From Laetmonice hystrix (lineage: Eukaryota): a DNA stretch of 64,000 bases. The stretch is taken from NCBI GenBank assembly GCA_965235115.1, contig OZ249449.1:6324001-6388000 (forward strand). Direction: 5' to 3'. Under the pieces are notes generated by a model. It worked only from the letters and a program-made list of their open reading frames with translations. It did no database searches and was not told where the DNA came from. Every line of letters begins with the position of its first letter. Positions within the stretch are counted from its first letter, which is position 1. Below are positions 22,960 through 36,300 of the stretch, in pieces. The translations under genes were made by a program, and so were the position numbers.

Positions 22960-25900
22960 CACAAAGACTGGTCAAACGCCATACCTCAGCTCCCCCTTGC
23001 GGCTGAACTTTGAACTTTTACCCCAAACTCCCAGCATTCATTGCGGGATAATAACGGCCATGTTTACAGCCGGCACGGAATGTTTTGGGAAAGTGAAGGT
23101 TTCTGTTTGGGTCAGTTGTCAAATCCATCTCCACCCTAAAAACCCTGGACTTCGGTCGCCTCGGGCAAGGGACCTAAATCAGGGTGAAAGATCGCCTCTC
23201 ATGGGGTGTTGGGATCTTAGACTGGTGATCCTACGACTGAGGGTTGGAAAACACCCTCGCTTTGGTCTAGTAATCCTTTAAATTGTATGCTCATCTCTGA
23301 TTCCACACTTATCAATACCTTACCATCTCCAAGCGGTATCTCTGTGTTCATGGGGTTCTGCTGACCCCCTCACCCCTACCCTCAAAAAAAGGACTTTAAA
23401 ATTTTCAGATACCATCTCTGTCCCACGTGGTAACCAACTTTGTTCACTGACGCCCTGGTCCAAACAAAAGGGACATTCCCTTTACCCTCCGGGGTCATCT
23501 CTCCACCAGCCCCACGATCACCCTGATCTGAGGGTTCATATCGCCCCACTAGCCGGGGTTCTGACACTGTAGGGGTCAGAGGTCAGGGTAATAGGTAGTG
23601 CTACCAGCTGCCATCGGTACCACATCAGTACTTGACGTTCTACCATACCCTGCTCTGTACGGAGGGGTTTGACTGATACCATCAAGTTATGGCGTACCGG
23701 GGCAGGTATGAAGGGTGTTTGGGGTGACCCCAACCAGGGTTGACCTTTTTTTCTTTGAGGGAGACAATTCAGATTATTTATGAAGCCCTTCTTCTGGCTT
23801 TATGTTCCTGGCCAAGCCCCACACAAACAACGGCGAGCAAGAACCAGAAACTCCATAGCTCTTGCAGAGACTTCCGTTTGCAAAGATTGGCAAAGAAAAC
23901 ACATCACATTGGGATTAGGCGACACCAAGTCAGCAATGAAATCACAATTACGTTTCCAAGATTACTGAAGTGGTGAAGGCAGATCAGTCCAGAAATCCTG
24001 GAAAGGTAGTTTGCCAATTGATACAAATATCAATGCCATTGAAACTTCGCCCCCTCCCCCCAAGATACCATAGCGGTTCTAGTCACCCCATCGACTGACT
24101 CACTGCCGTCAATCTGCACCCATCTAATTGATTAAAACCTGCTAACTTGGCTCGATCCTGTCGCCACCAGGCGGGACGCTCGGGTCATGACGTAGTCGGT
24201 CAGACTCGCTTTGATCTCAGCGGCACGCGAGCCTCGTTGTGACACATAGGATAACCTCTTTGATCACGTGACACAGAGCGTCCACGCGATCCGTCCCATT
24301 AGGTAAGATATGGTGATACTACTCCAGGGTGATTAATGGAAGGAGTCAAGGCAGAACATAGCATGTAGTCAGGATGAGAGCTGGTGCATGTTCTGGTATC
24401 AAGTCGTTCATGGTTTCCTTAGGGCTCTATATGAAAGGACTTCTAAAGGAAGGGTGAGGGGGAGATGATTGATAATAATTTTTTTAAAGACCAACAAAAA
24501 AAAACATAAAAAAAAGAAAAGAAAAGAAAAGACAGCTGAAAGAAAGTTCTTCGCCTCTTTTTTTGCAAATGTTTACTTTAAAATCATTTTTTTATATAAT
24601 TGTTTAAATGTAAAATGACAGGTTTTCTAATAACAGTTTGTGTGTGTAATAAACCTTTATAAAAAGTTAATTTTAAATATTCTGTACAAGAGGTAAGCTG
24701 GAGAACGTCTAGTTCTGCCATGTTGAAAAGTTTGATGTAAATGTACAGCAATCCAGCGTCACGCTCAACAAGCAACTTTTTCTGCAGCAGAATATCAATC
24801 TACCAATTTGCATCTGAAGTGCAAAAAGTTATAACTTTATTGCTGTAAAATAAAGAAATAAATATGACTTGACTGTTGTTGAGGGGTGGACGTTATTCCA
24901 GCACCCCTGCACCTTCAGTACTTCAAGTCTGCCTGACCTCAGACAACGTGACACAACTGGCCAATTTGCCTTTAACGCCTCTTTTTTTAACCAACCTTTT
25001 TTTTCTACATCTTCGTTCAGCAAGTCTCGGATTTCGGTGCCCTGGCGGTGACACTCAGCGAACGCTAACCCTGCGTCTTGATTACTCCCCATGGTAATAT
25101 CCCCATGGATTTGGGAGTAAGGATAGGGGTAAGTTTGAGAGGAGGGTTGGGACCGGGAGTATAGGGGATAGCGTTAGGTTTCTCCAAATTTCGTAGAGGT
25201 GTCAGCATGGGGTCGCCCCCCCCATCTTCCCGGGTTTACCACCTAACCACACACACAGTTTGAGACCCTGTGATGTTGATGTCACACATGGATGCGGCAT
25301 GATACATGAAGAACGCCCTCCAGTGACCTATTACTCCAGTGGACATCTCCTCCAGTAGGGACGTGCTCCAGCCGCCACGATCTTCTCAAGTTATTCTTTA
25401 GATCTTTTTCCCCCTTTTCAAAACACATCCCTCTCTCGGAGTCTTGTGATGTAAAGGGCATAGAGCTCTTCCATGTAAAAACGCCTACATGACCTTGGAT
25501 GACCTCTATATAATATATTCCTCCTGAGACCTCCAGGATCTGTCCTCTCCAGGACGCAGGGATCACAGTGACATTGATATAACATTGACCCCTCTGGGAC
25601 GCCCACCCATTTTTGTTCAGGTGGACCCCCTCGTTTCCCATCTTGAATCCCCTTAACATGTCCCCTTTCAATCCCCTTTTGCTATATTTCCCATTGACTC
25701 CCCCCTTTTTAAAACCCAACATCCGCTCCTAAAGTGTAAGATTTAGAATATCCTCTTGAAGATCTTGTGTTGCTCTGGACAACATCTTGAGGTTGACCTC
25801 AGTTGTTTTTGGCACCGGCCCTGGTCAAAGGTCGTGTCGCTATATTTGAGAGCTCCACACGTGTGGAGAGACCTCCCACCGCTAGGTGGCGTACATTAAT

Positions 25901-28900
25901 TAGTATTCATCGCCTCATAATCACCCACGTGACCCCGCCCAAGGACGCCCGTACGTAAACAACGTCATTCGGGGTGGGGTCGGAACGTAAACAACGTGAC
26001 AATACTGAAATGGACAACATCCATCATTGAAAGTACAAGTGAACTTTGACCTGAACGTAATCACCGGTCAGGAGGATGCAGGTTAGTCGGAACTGGTTAA
26101 ACAGGGACATTGGGGAAAGAAATATTCATAATTCACGATGTAATCGAAATTATTTCTATAAAAAAGGAGAAATATTACAGGGTGTGTCATCAAAATGTTA
26201 AATTACAAAATTTAATGACATAGTGGAAGTGTAATGGAATGTGGGCACATAATTATTTTGTGTACACATTTGTCGAGTGGGATATCCTGATTAAAGATGA
26301 TTAATAAAAACAAAAATAAATAAATAAAAACATCTCTCTGCACAGAGATCCAACCTTTAATTTGTGAAATGTATATACATTCGCGTAATGATGAAGTTTT
26401 CTTTTTAATTTCTAGTGACATTTTGGCACATCTTTCAGGTTATGCTAGAGGCTTTAAATATAACAGAAAGAAAATCCTACTTTTGGCAAAAATCACTTTT
26501 ACTATGACAAGCACATATGGCTGGCCCTGTAATCGTTAGGAAGGGGGGGGGGCTTTTCCTTCATTCCTGGCCTTTCTGTTCCTAATACCAACAACGGAAG
26601 TTCATAAAGACCAGCCAACCCTCCCCCTAACCTTTGTCCTCCCCCTGACGTCAAACTCTCTTATTAACACTCATGACAACTGTATCAATGCTTCTGATTG
26701 GCAAGAACAGACGTGATGCTTTTCTCATCTCGAAATATGATACATTTCCTTGAACTATGATACATTTTTAGGTATCAGCCGATACATGATACATCTCCCT
26801 CGTCTCAATCTTCACATTAAATGGATTAAATAAGCGCCGGTTCTGTTAATCCCCTTTCCAGGCCACGATAAACAGGATTATCAGCTACCAGACTTCACTG
26901 ATCCTAATCCGTGATCTTAATATATGAACCTAACCTTAAATATTTGAGCACAGGTTAAGTGGTTTAAGAAAAATCGGTCAGAAAAGCTTTTTCTTGCATT
27001 TTATATTGAGAAACTAAAAAAATGTCACCAAGAGACGTCTACGTATATCATTGTATGTTCAACTAAAAGACACTAAACTAGCTTTCAATGACCCTAACTT
27101 TATTTTTTTGGTAATTCCTGTCCCATTAACTGCTATAAAACTGCCCTGAGGATATTGATTACCAGAAATCATCAGCGTTTATAAACACCATCTGCCGGCT
27201 GACGTTAAACATACTACCTCCAGTAATTGAGGCTCGCACGTTTTACGTGAATACGGGCCAACATTATACCCTGACATTTTTACTGGCTGATAATTTGAAA
27301 CTATTTACCCCCACTTGTCAGTCAGTTCTGTCCATTCACCCCCGGCACGGGGTTGATCATTTCCCCTATGGAACATTCCCATGGAATTTGGGGTAGCGGT
27401 TAGGGGTACGGACAGGGATATAAGGACAGGGATGAGTTTTTTGTGGGAAGTCTATGAACCGAGTTTAGGGGTTAGGGTTAAGTTTGGGGGTTGGAATAGT
27501 CATCTATTTTTAGTTTTTACCCCCCGATTCCGTGGAGATGTAACCATGGGGTGGGGGTGCCACCCCGGAACGCCAACAATCCACCCCTATGTCTGTCTGT
27601 GTGACTGTCTGTGCGGGCGGTGATGTCCACTTAACGCGGCTCATGACAACTGTTACCTGCTAACCTGGGCGTACCTCACGGGGACAACATGATGCGGGAC
27701 CCAGCTGTCGCTAGGTCCCATCTGATCGTAGACCCACCCCTGGGATTGTTACACCTGGGTCATTGTGGTAGTGATACACCCCTTCCCTCCTACTCGCTCT
27801 GGGTGATGTAAGGGTTATTTGGGATGAGGGTTGATTTAACCCTGAGGGTGGAATGTCATGACATGATGGACAACGCGTGCCTCCCTCTGACGTCACAGGT
27901 AGGTCACGTGACTGTGACGTAAGGATCGCCCTGTAGCCTAATGAGGCGCCTTTGATGAAACTATTTTTTTTATATTTAGACCTTCAACAACATACCTGAT
28001 GTCTAATACAGAAAATATGTTATATAAAGTATGAACCTTAAATATTGAAGTAATAACGCAAATATGCGAGTTCCGAAAAAATTAAGATCTGCTACACTAG
28101 GATGGAGGGCAGTGTAATGATGACAGAGTCTCAAATATAGTACTCTTTGAATGATATTAGACCACCAGACATAACCAGACTCACTGTAACTAGAAACCCG
28201 TAACCAGACCCTAGAAACCAGACTTGTACCCAGTGGTAACAGAACTTACCTCTGGCCGTGTCTAGACACTTGACACCGATCTCAGCTGATCGACAAACGC
28301 TGTGCATCTGTTGCCGAGCCCGACAACCCGACACCAGAACCTATCCAACCATCCCTGGTTTATTTGACCAGCCTGTTGAGCCACAACACTTGTTATTACT
28401 GACCATCATTGACATACCTCTCACTAATCGATACTTTACACACTCCTCCAAACAACGTAACACGGCCTGGTCACGGCATGCCTCAAATATCACACGACCA
28501 TCACCATCCTGCCATCATTTACTACTAATTCGTTAATTTACATTTAAACATGTGTTAGAAACGTTCTTGTACCATTACTATCTACAGAAAGCGATGGTCC
28601 TGTCATGTTTTCATTGTATTCTTCTCTGCCTGAAAAAGTTATACATGTATGTGATCCATGCACTGTCTTTGTATAGCTGGGTTTCCATCTTGACAGCAAG
28701 TTGTGTCAATAACGTTTGCAGTCTCATAATATGTTTCTCTCTGCAATAGCTGGTCCATATTAGAAATACACTTGACAACTTAACAAAGGAATCCCTTCCC
28801 AGTGATGTATCATATAAAAGCAATGCCAACTATGGCTAAGATCTGAGTATGTCTACCTTTAAGTGCGCGCACTACGTGTTTATGCATGACGTCATACCCA

Positions 28901-29672
28901 AATAGCAGTGCCCGTCACCGTTCTCGGTGTCGCCCGACCTCCGTTTCTTTCCGACGTTTAGGTATCACGCCGGAGTTTAGTTCCCATCTCAACAACTCCG
29001 CTAATTTAAACCAAAACTTTGTCCGAGGTCAAATCGGCCGTCGGTGAAATGAAGCGTGCCTTCAAAGTTTTCCTCTCACCAACCAGTCAACGGGAGCGTA
29101 CCTATGCTGACAGTTTAAGTGGTTTGTTTTCTTGATGAAAGAGTCTACTGTACGCCTTGTGCAACCGTTTCCGTAAATGGTTCAAGTAAGTGTAACTCAA
29201 AATGGTTTTTAGATGTTATACTGACTCTGCTAACAAAAATAAAAAAAATAAAGTTCTGAGTAAAATAACATCTTTTCTATTTTGTACTTCACCAAAAACT
29301 AAATGGTCGTACAAATAAGTTCAAAATTGGCAAATATGTTTTTTAACAAAATTTGAAAAAAATATAAAAAAATAAAAAGAAGAAGAAAATACTTCTGCCT
29401 AATCTTGAAAGGTTTCAATCCTACACGGACGATATGGGGGGGGGGGGGGAGCTTGCACTTGGTTGGCCTGGGGCAACACGACTCCGTCCTGACGAAGACA
29501 GACTGTGTTGCTGTCAGCCGTAACCTCTACCAGTTCCCAAGCATGAAATCAGGCATGAAATGTGAGCCCCGGCCGTCCGGGGTAAATGTTACGTCACAGA
29601 CACCACAGGGTCGACATGTCAGTCAGGTTTGGGGGTTGGTGTCAGCAGGCAGGCTATTGTCAACACCCGTCT

Positions 29673-30379
29673 ATATAACAGTGTCACTGCCTAAAACATT
29701 GTTACCAGCCAATATAACAGTGTCACTGCCTAACAGTGTTACCAGCCAATATAACAGTGTCACTGCCTCACAGTGTTACCAGCCAATATAACAGTGTCAC
29801 TGCCTAACAGTGTTACCAGCCAATATAACAGTGTCACTGCCTAACAGTGTTACCAGCCAATATAACAGTGTCACTGCCTCACAGTGTTACCAGGCAATAT
29901 AACAGTGTCACTGCCCAACAGTGTTACCAGGCAATATAACAGTGTCACTGCCTAACAGTGTTACCAGCCAATATACCAGTGTCACTGCCTAACAGTGTTA
30001 CCAGCCAATATACCAGTGTCACTGCCTAACAGTGTTACCAGCCAATATAACGGTGTCACTGCCTAACAGTGTTACCAGCCAATATAACAGTGTCACTGCC
30101 CAACAGTGTTACCAACCAATATAACAGTGTCACTGCCTAACAGTGTTACCAGCCAATATAACAGTGTCACTGCCTCACAGTGTTACCAGCCAATATAACA
30201 GTGTCACTGCCTAACAGTGTTACCAGCCAATATAACAGTGTCGCTGCCTAACAGTGTTACCAGCCAATATAACAGTGTCACTGCCTAACAGTGGTACCAG
30301 CCAATATAACAGTGTCACTGCCTAACAGTAACAGTGTCACCAACCAATATAACAGTGGCACTGCCTACAGTAACAGTGG
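29673..30379. repeat. Minisatellite, 37-bp unit x~19
   Basis: Unit AATATAACAGTGTCACTGCCTAACAGTGTTACCAGCC, decaying at the 3' end. Confidence 0.97.
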
Positions 30380-33300
30380 CCCCATCGAATCTAACAGCGA
30401 CACTGCGCGCCAATAACATGAGACACTGTCCAATAAGGGTGTTATTTCCCCATAGTAATCGGGTTGCCATTTTTTGTTTAACCATTTTTAAGTGGTGTGT
30501 CTGTTGTGGAAAGAATTAAGGTCGCTTATTTATCAGGATAGATATCAAAGCGGATAGATTCGTGTGGCTGCCCTAGCGGTAAAACTGACCGACATACTAT
30601 CTATCATCATTACACAAGCTACGCCCTGCCGATCTTCACGATTCCTTCCTTTATCTCATCTTCTCAGATAACAATATTTTTTCTCCTTTTCACAATGTAA
30701 ACTTTTATGGTAGAGATTCCACCCGCTGCATTCAATTCAGATGGACGAACTTTAGATCAAAATTCCGATTGCTGTGTAAGTTCCACAAGGCTGAGGTTCA
30801 TCTCCCTGGCAGTGACTTATGATCCAGCGTCTGCCAACTGTTCAATGTTGCCATGGTAACCAGATCTCCGGCTCCGGGGGCCCGCTTTCACCACCTAAAG
30901 AGGTTTAGACATTAACCCCGGGGTCAAGGTCAGATGGCCAGGTCAAGGTCACGACGACGTTGATGGGTGTGGAGGTGTCAGATATATTTGAAGACATTCA
31001 GGATAACACAGCGTTTATCTCTCTGACACCACCTTCACACTTGACCTTGACATGACCTTGACCTTCACACAGATGTCCCAAGGCCAACCTGTATGAGCAA
31101 CATGGACCAGAGCCGACAGGTTGCTGGGACGGGACCGTTGTTATCTTTTCAATATTAAGATTGAAGACATCACAGAAATGAAAATGGGTGCAAACATTTT
31201 CTCTTGCTATCTGTTGTGATAACGATGTAAAGTTTGGGGCGGCAGATTTCCATGACGATGACATTCTTGGAATTCTCATCTTCGTAGATGTTGGAGGATA
31301 TGAAGTCATGACTTTAAACAATACCCAAGACCCACAGCAACCTAATACTACCGTTCTTTTAGAATCTGATAAAGACTTTCCCAGACATAGCTGCAGTAGT
31401 TCATAATGGACAGTGAATACGAAAGACGGTTCCATCACCGAAGATGACAATGACTGCCTTCGGTAAGTACGACAGACAGTAAAACTGACACCAGGCGTCA
31501 TTCCATCCTACACCCGTTTCTTCAACCCGTTCCAAGAAATGGTAATACATTTTTCCCACAGGTGATAAACTCTTGCCTCTGCTGACCTCCTCAGCCCAGA
31601 CCCCCGGGAGGTAAAACATGAAGGTGTGATAAGTTGTGAAGTGACATCTCGAGCATCTGCCAGAGGAGGCAATACTGACAACTTGGCGAGCATCTGTGGC
31701 GGAGAGGCCACCCCACTACCATAAGCTACCTCTGGGGTCGCCCCCTCTGGCCCTCAGATAGGTTCGACTCCCGCTCAGTGAGAATCCATCACTTTGAACG
31801 GCTGGTAGTCATTTGTCAGCTTACCCTCTGAATACGTCACTCACGTTCATAATCAACCAATCAACGATCCCGTTACAAACCGTGATTGACTTTCCGCCAT
31901 TACGTCTGAATGTGACAAACATTGGTATAAATAAAAATGATGCAAGGCTGGCTGCCTGGAAGTGTTTATTTTCTCAACCCCAGTAATGGCCCAAGAGGTG
32001 TTAAAACACCCCTTAACCCTGAGGGGGCAGAGGCAAGTGGTCTAGGGGTAAGAGGGGGTAAAAGGCAGGAGGGTGAAAACTTTCAAGTTGTGGTTTCCAT
32101 GGAGCATCTGCCTGTCACATGTTGGGAGGTCCGCTTGGAGTTATAGGGGGGGGGGGTATAGTCTAGTCTGGGATGACATGCGCCAGGCAGGCAGGGGGGG
32201 GGGGGGGTCTGGGGGTAACCCCCCCCCCCTCATGGAATGCCCAGCAGTAAAGTATATCTCCAACTGACAACATGACGGCGCCTCGGTAGAGTGTCTGGGA
32301 CGGGCAGCCCTCGCCCTCCTAAACCACATCAAACTTTTACACTTTAAACGAAAGCCAAAGGTTAACTTGGACCCTACAAATTTATCACGAATCGCCCAAC
32401 AGGACCAAGTATGACACAGAAACATACACCTCCCCTCGAAACCACATCAAACCTACACTTTAAACGAAAGCCAACAGATTTATCAGGAACCCCCCACCAG
32501 GACGACGTATGCCTACAGATGACACAGAGATGTAGGCCTACAACTCCTGTCAAGGACATCCCTGACATTTATAACTGGTACCAGACATGACCTTTCCATA
32601 CCTCTACGATCTTGTTATATCCGACCCCTGCTAAGATCCATCAAGGTACTTTTAAACATCGCTATTAATTTATTTCTCACCTATCCATAAATTCATAGGA
32701 AGATCCATAGCATGAATTAATCTCTCGATGACGAATGCCCAATCAAAATGCCAAAATACTGGCATTAAACAATATCAGTCATGCTTTCAAAAAAACAGGA
32801 AATATACAGCATTTGACGCCCGAGCTTTGCCATGAAAATGTTGTTTCCGTCCTGAAGACGCCCACAGATTGCCCACAAACCTTTAATGCGAAAAATGTTT
32901 AAATATCATGTACACATTTTTTTTTAAATTTCCCATTCAGAAGATGGTCAGCAATTGCCGACAGGAGATCAATCCACCGTTCCACTATATCACCATCGCG
33001 ACATTTTTTTAATACATTTAAAATCATTTGGTACAAGCCTGAACCCGCAGTCCATAGCCCAGGCTGACAAGTCAAGGTCCAACTGACCATTAAATATTAA
33101 AATGAGCCATTAAAACATGAAGGAGCGGTGAGACGGGGCACAGTGGGGTAAAGGTGTAACCTTACCCCGCCCCAGGTGAGTCAGAAAGGGTGGCTACCTG
33201 TCTGGGTGGGGTGGGGGTTATGGGGTTGGGGTTAAACACCCCTGACCTCAGTCCACCACTGACCTCTGGGGGTGGAGGTGAGTCACATCGGTCAAAGCGA

Positions 33301-36300
33301 CCAATTCATTAAAACCAATATCCCCGACTCTCACCGCAGATATATGTAATGACGTGCTTACATATACTGATTCACCTTCTAACCATGTCTGTATTCCCAC
33401 CCCTGGATCTTTTATCGTATCACCCTACAAGTGATCCAGACATGGGTCACACCTGAGATCTAATTCCACCACCCCAGGCCGGCACAAGTCTTCCAATCTC
33501 AACACTGCCGAGATGGGAACTCAAAAACAAACTTGGTAGTGAGAGTGCATTTAGTTATCTTTATGTGCGACGTATGCATTCCACAAAATCTCACACCGTG
33601 AAATGAGTAATACATATTCTGAAGTATTTCCCGGAGACCAGGCAGCCAATGGAATTTACATATGAAATCTCTGAAATACCTAACAATATAAGTTTGCCTT
33701 CCCAACAATCCCCAATGTCGGTATTTGCATGCATATAGTAGATCATGTACTTCCTATTTTTCAAGGAATATTCAAGGTCAAATCACTTAAGTCTAAGGTC
33801 ACATGGCTCAGTATAACAGGTTGGAAAAACTAAAGCGGTCAAATATTTCCAAGTACATGTACATCCTTTCAGACCCCCCCCCCCCCCCCCCCCTTACAAA
33901 CACATAGTAGCATCATTCCCGACGCCCAAGGGTGATGTCATTCTGAAACAGTTTACCACCAAGAAAACAACACCTCGACTGTAAAGGACCAACATTACGA
34001 TTTTCTTGGGGGAACATATTTCAACAGATCACTTGAGGATTCTGTGCTAATGTTGTTTCTGACACGAGGCAGGAATCCGCTAGATGGAGCTGCCACTTGA
34101 AACGCTGACGGAGCACTGACCGAATGTCCAGTACTGAGTCCTGGGTAGGTCCGGGGGGCGACAATAGGGAACACGTGACAATAATCAGACCTGACTTTTC
34201 CTGAGACAACTCCAAAGTTACAGTGGCGCCATTTTCCACATGACAACCTCCGAACATCTGGTTTCGATCCTCACCCATCTGATTAAATTCTGGGTGTGTG
34301 TGTGTGGGGGGGGGGGGGGGGTATGGGATGGGGGTGTCAACCCCCAAGTGGTTGCTGAGGCTGAGAGTGGTCGACACCACTCCCCACCCCCACCCGCGGG
34401 TCAGGCCCCGAGTCCAACCCCAAGGGGTAAAGAGAAGCCGGGGGCACTTTCCCTGAGGGCTTTTGTCTTCACCCCTTTCCTGATGGGTCTGAGCGGGGTA
34501 TAGGGGTGAGGCGTTCGCTGATGAGGGTGTACAGAGGTCGGCCCAGTTCTGTACCAGTGTGTCAGCGCGTGGTGTCAGCTGGGGCGACACACCAATACTG
34601 ACACGATGGATGATAACACCAAACGCTTCAAGTGGACGCGACAGCACCACCGTAGTTCGTCAGCTTACCGACAGGTGGCGTGGACGCGGGCTGGACGGCC
34701 GTCCAGGGATGTTTTGCGTGTGATGGTTAATATGATGTAACAGTCTGACAATGAGGGATTTCTTGGGGAACGTTGTCCGTTGTCCTTCTGGTTGAACTAG
34801 ACTGAAGTTCAGTGAGAGTCTGTTCCCATGAGATTTGAAACTGAGCATTCATTATGATGAGCTGAACAGCAGTAAAACTTCCAAAATTCCTTGTGACACT
34901 CATCGTATCCTGCCCCCCCCCCAACAAATAGTACTTTGGAGTAACTTCAGGATTTGTCTTTTTTTTAAGTAGAGGGGTTGTAATGAAGATGTTTGGAGAA
35001 ACATACATTTACTTACTAGAAACTTGGCAGAACATAGGTTCTCAGAAACCTGCGAACCCACAATATGACGTCACAGCCCTCGTCATCCACGACACCACAA
35101 CCCACAACATGACGTCACAACCTTCGACAACCACGACACCTAGCGACCAGTCTCTCAACCACTCCCTGACATGTTAGTGTTGCATAAGGCATCAACTTCC
35201 ACCAACACCGAGTCACCATTTCAAAACAAATCCCAGGAAAAAACGTCTATTTTGATGTGCAGTAAAGCATGCAAACGTCCTCCCTAGAGCCTGTGGCCTT
35301 ACAACTCGCAGTCTCTCCGCCTCATGGCCCAGGATCAGCTTTAGCTAGAAATCAACCGGCCCCACCTGTCCGGCTAGATCTTACTGGACCAGTGTTTGTC
35401 AGGTTTGATAGAAGCAACACTTGTTCCTCAGCTCCTGTCCTCTGGGGACAAGAAACGTGATACTGGCGGCATTGTTCGCTCGTATTACACCTCGCAAAAA
35501 TGGATAGAAAACGTTGCATGTAGTCTCAATGGACGTTTGTCAAGACTTCCCTCAAGTATTTCCTAGGTTATGTCAGGAAGAGGTTTTACTTTAAGATTGA
35601 TGATTCTACATGAATTGTATCATTGTGACGGAGTCTGGTAGCAGCTAATGATCCGTACACTGTTGGGAGTTGTTCTCAGTGACGTATTGCTTGTTGTAGT
35701 TTTCTGTAACTCCATACAAACTCAGAACCGCAAGACTTGTAAATATCGGCGTCATAAATCATACCTAACCAAGTGCATGATTTTCTGCGTTGTAGAAATC
35801 GCCATTCACAATCCATGGGAATTTTAACAAAATGTTACGAGAAAGTCGTGCAACAAGACACTGGTATGTTCCCCCCTTGTCCTGTGGTGCCATAGCAACC
35901 TGTTCAGTGTCAGACTGAACTGTCACTCCTTCAAACTAAACACGTGCCAATCCTAATATTGACCTACGGACTTACTTACATTGAAAGGTGCCATGAATAC
36001 CAATCCTCATTCTGGCTTTCTTTACCTATATAAATAACTTCAGGTCATCGAAAACGGTCAACCACCGCAACTTTCATTTTCTGTAAACGGTGAGAGAATT
36101 ACAGCGAGAGAGGGAGGATGATATGGCATTCAGTAATCCCTTGACCTTTTCTTCACTTAAATCCCTTCAGATAATGCTAATCTCTTTTAATGTTAAACTA
36201 ATCCGCTAAATTCCTTCAGGAAACGCTTTATCCTGAATCTATTTGAGTGGGTATAATCCCCTCAAATCACCCAGGTGTACCAAATCTCTAAACTCCATTG

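Noticed and set aside
22689-23281. ORFs spanning the first gap
   Set aside because: Their length comes from the N run.
25282-25722. 146-aa minus-strand ORF
   Set aside because: It starts in low-complexity G/A-rich sequence, has no recognisable domain and lacks convincing splice sites.
31697-31771. tRNA gene (A-box-like TGGCGGAGAGG, B-box GGTTCGACTCC)
   Set aside because: Box spacing is long and I could not fold a cloverleaf; at most a decayed Pol III/SINE head.
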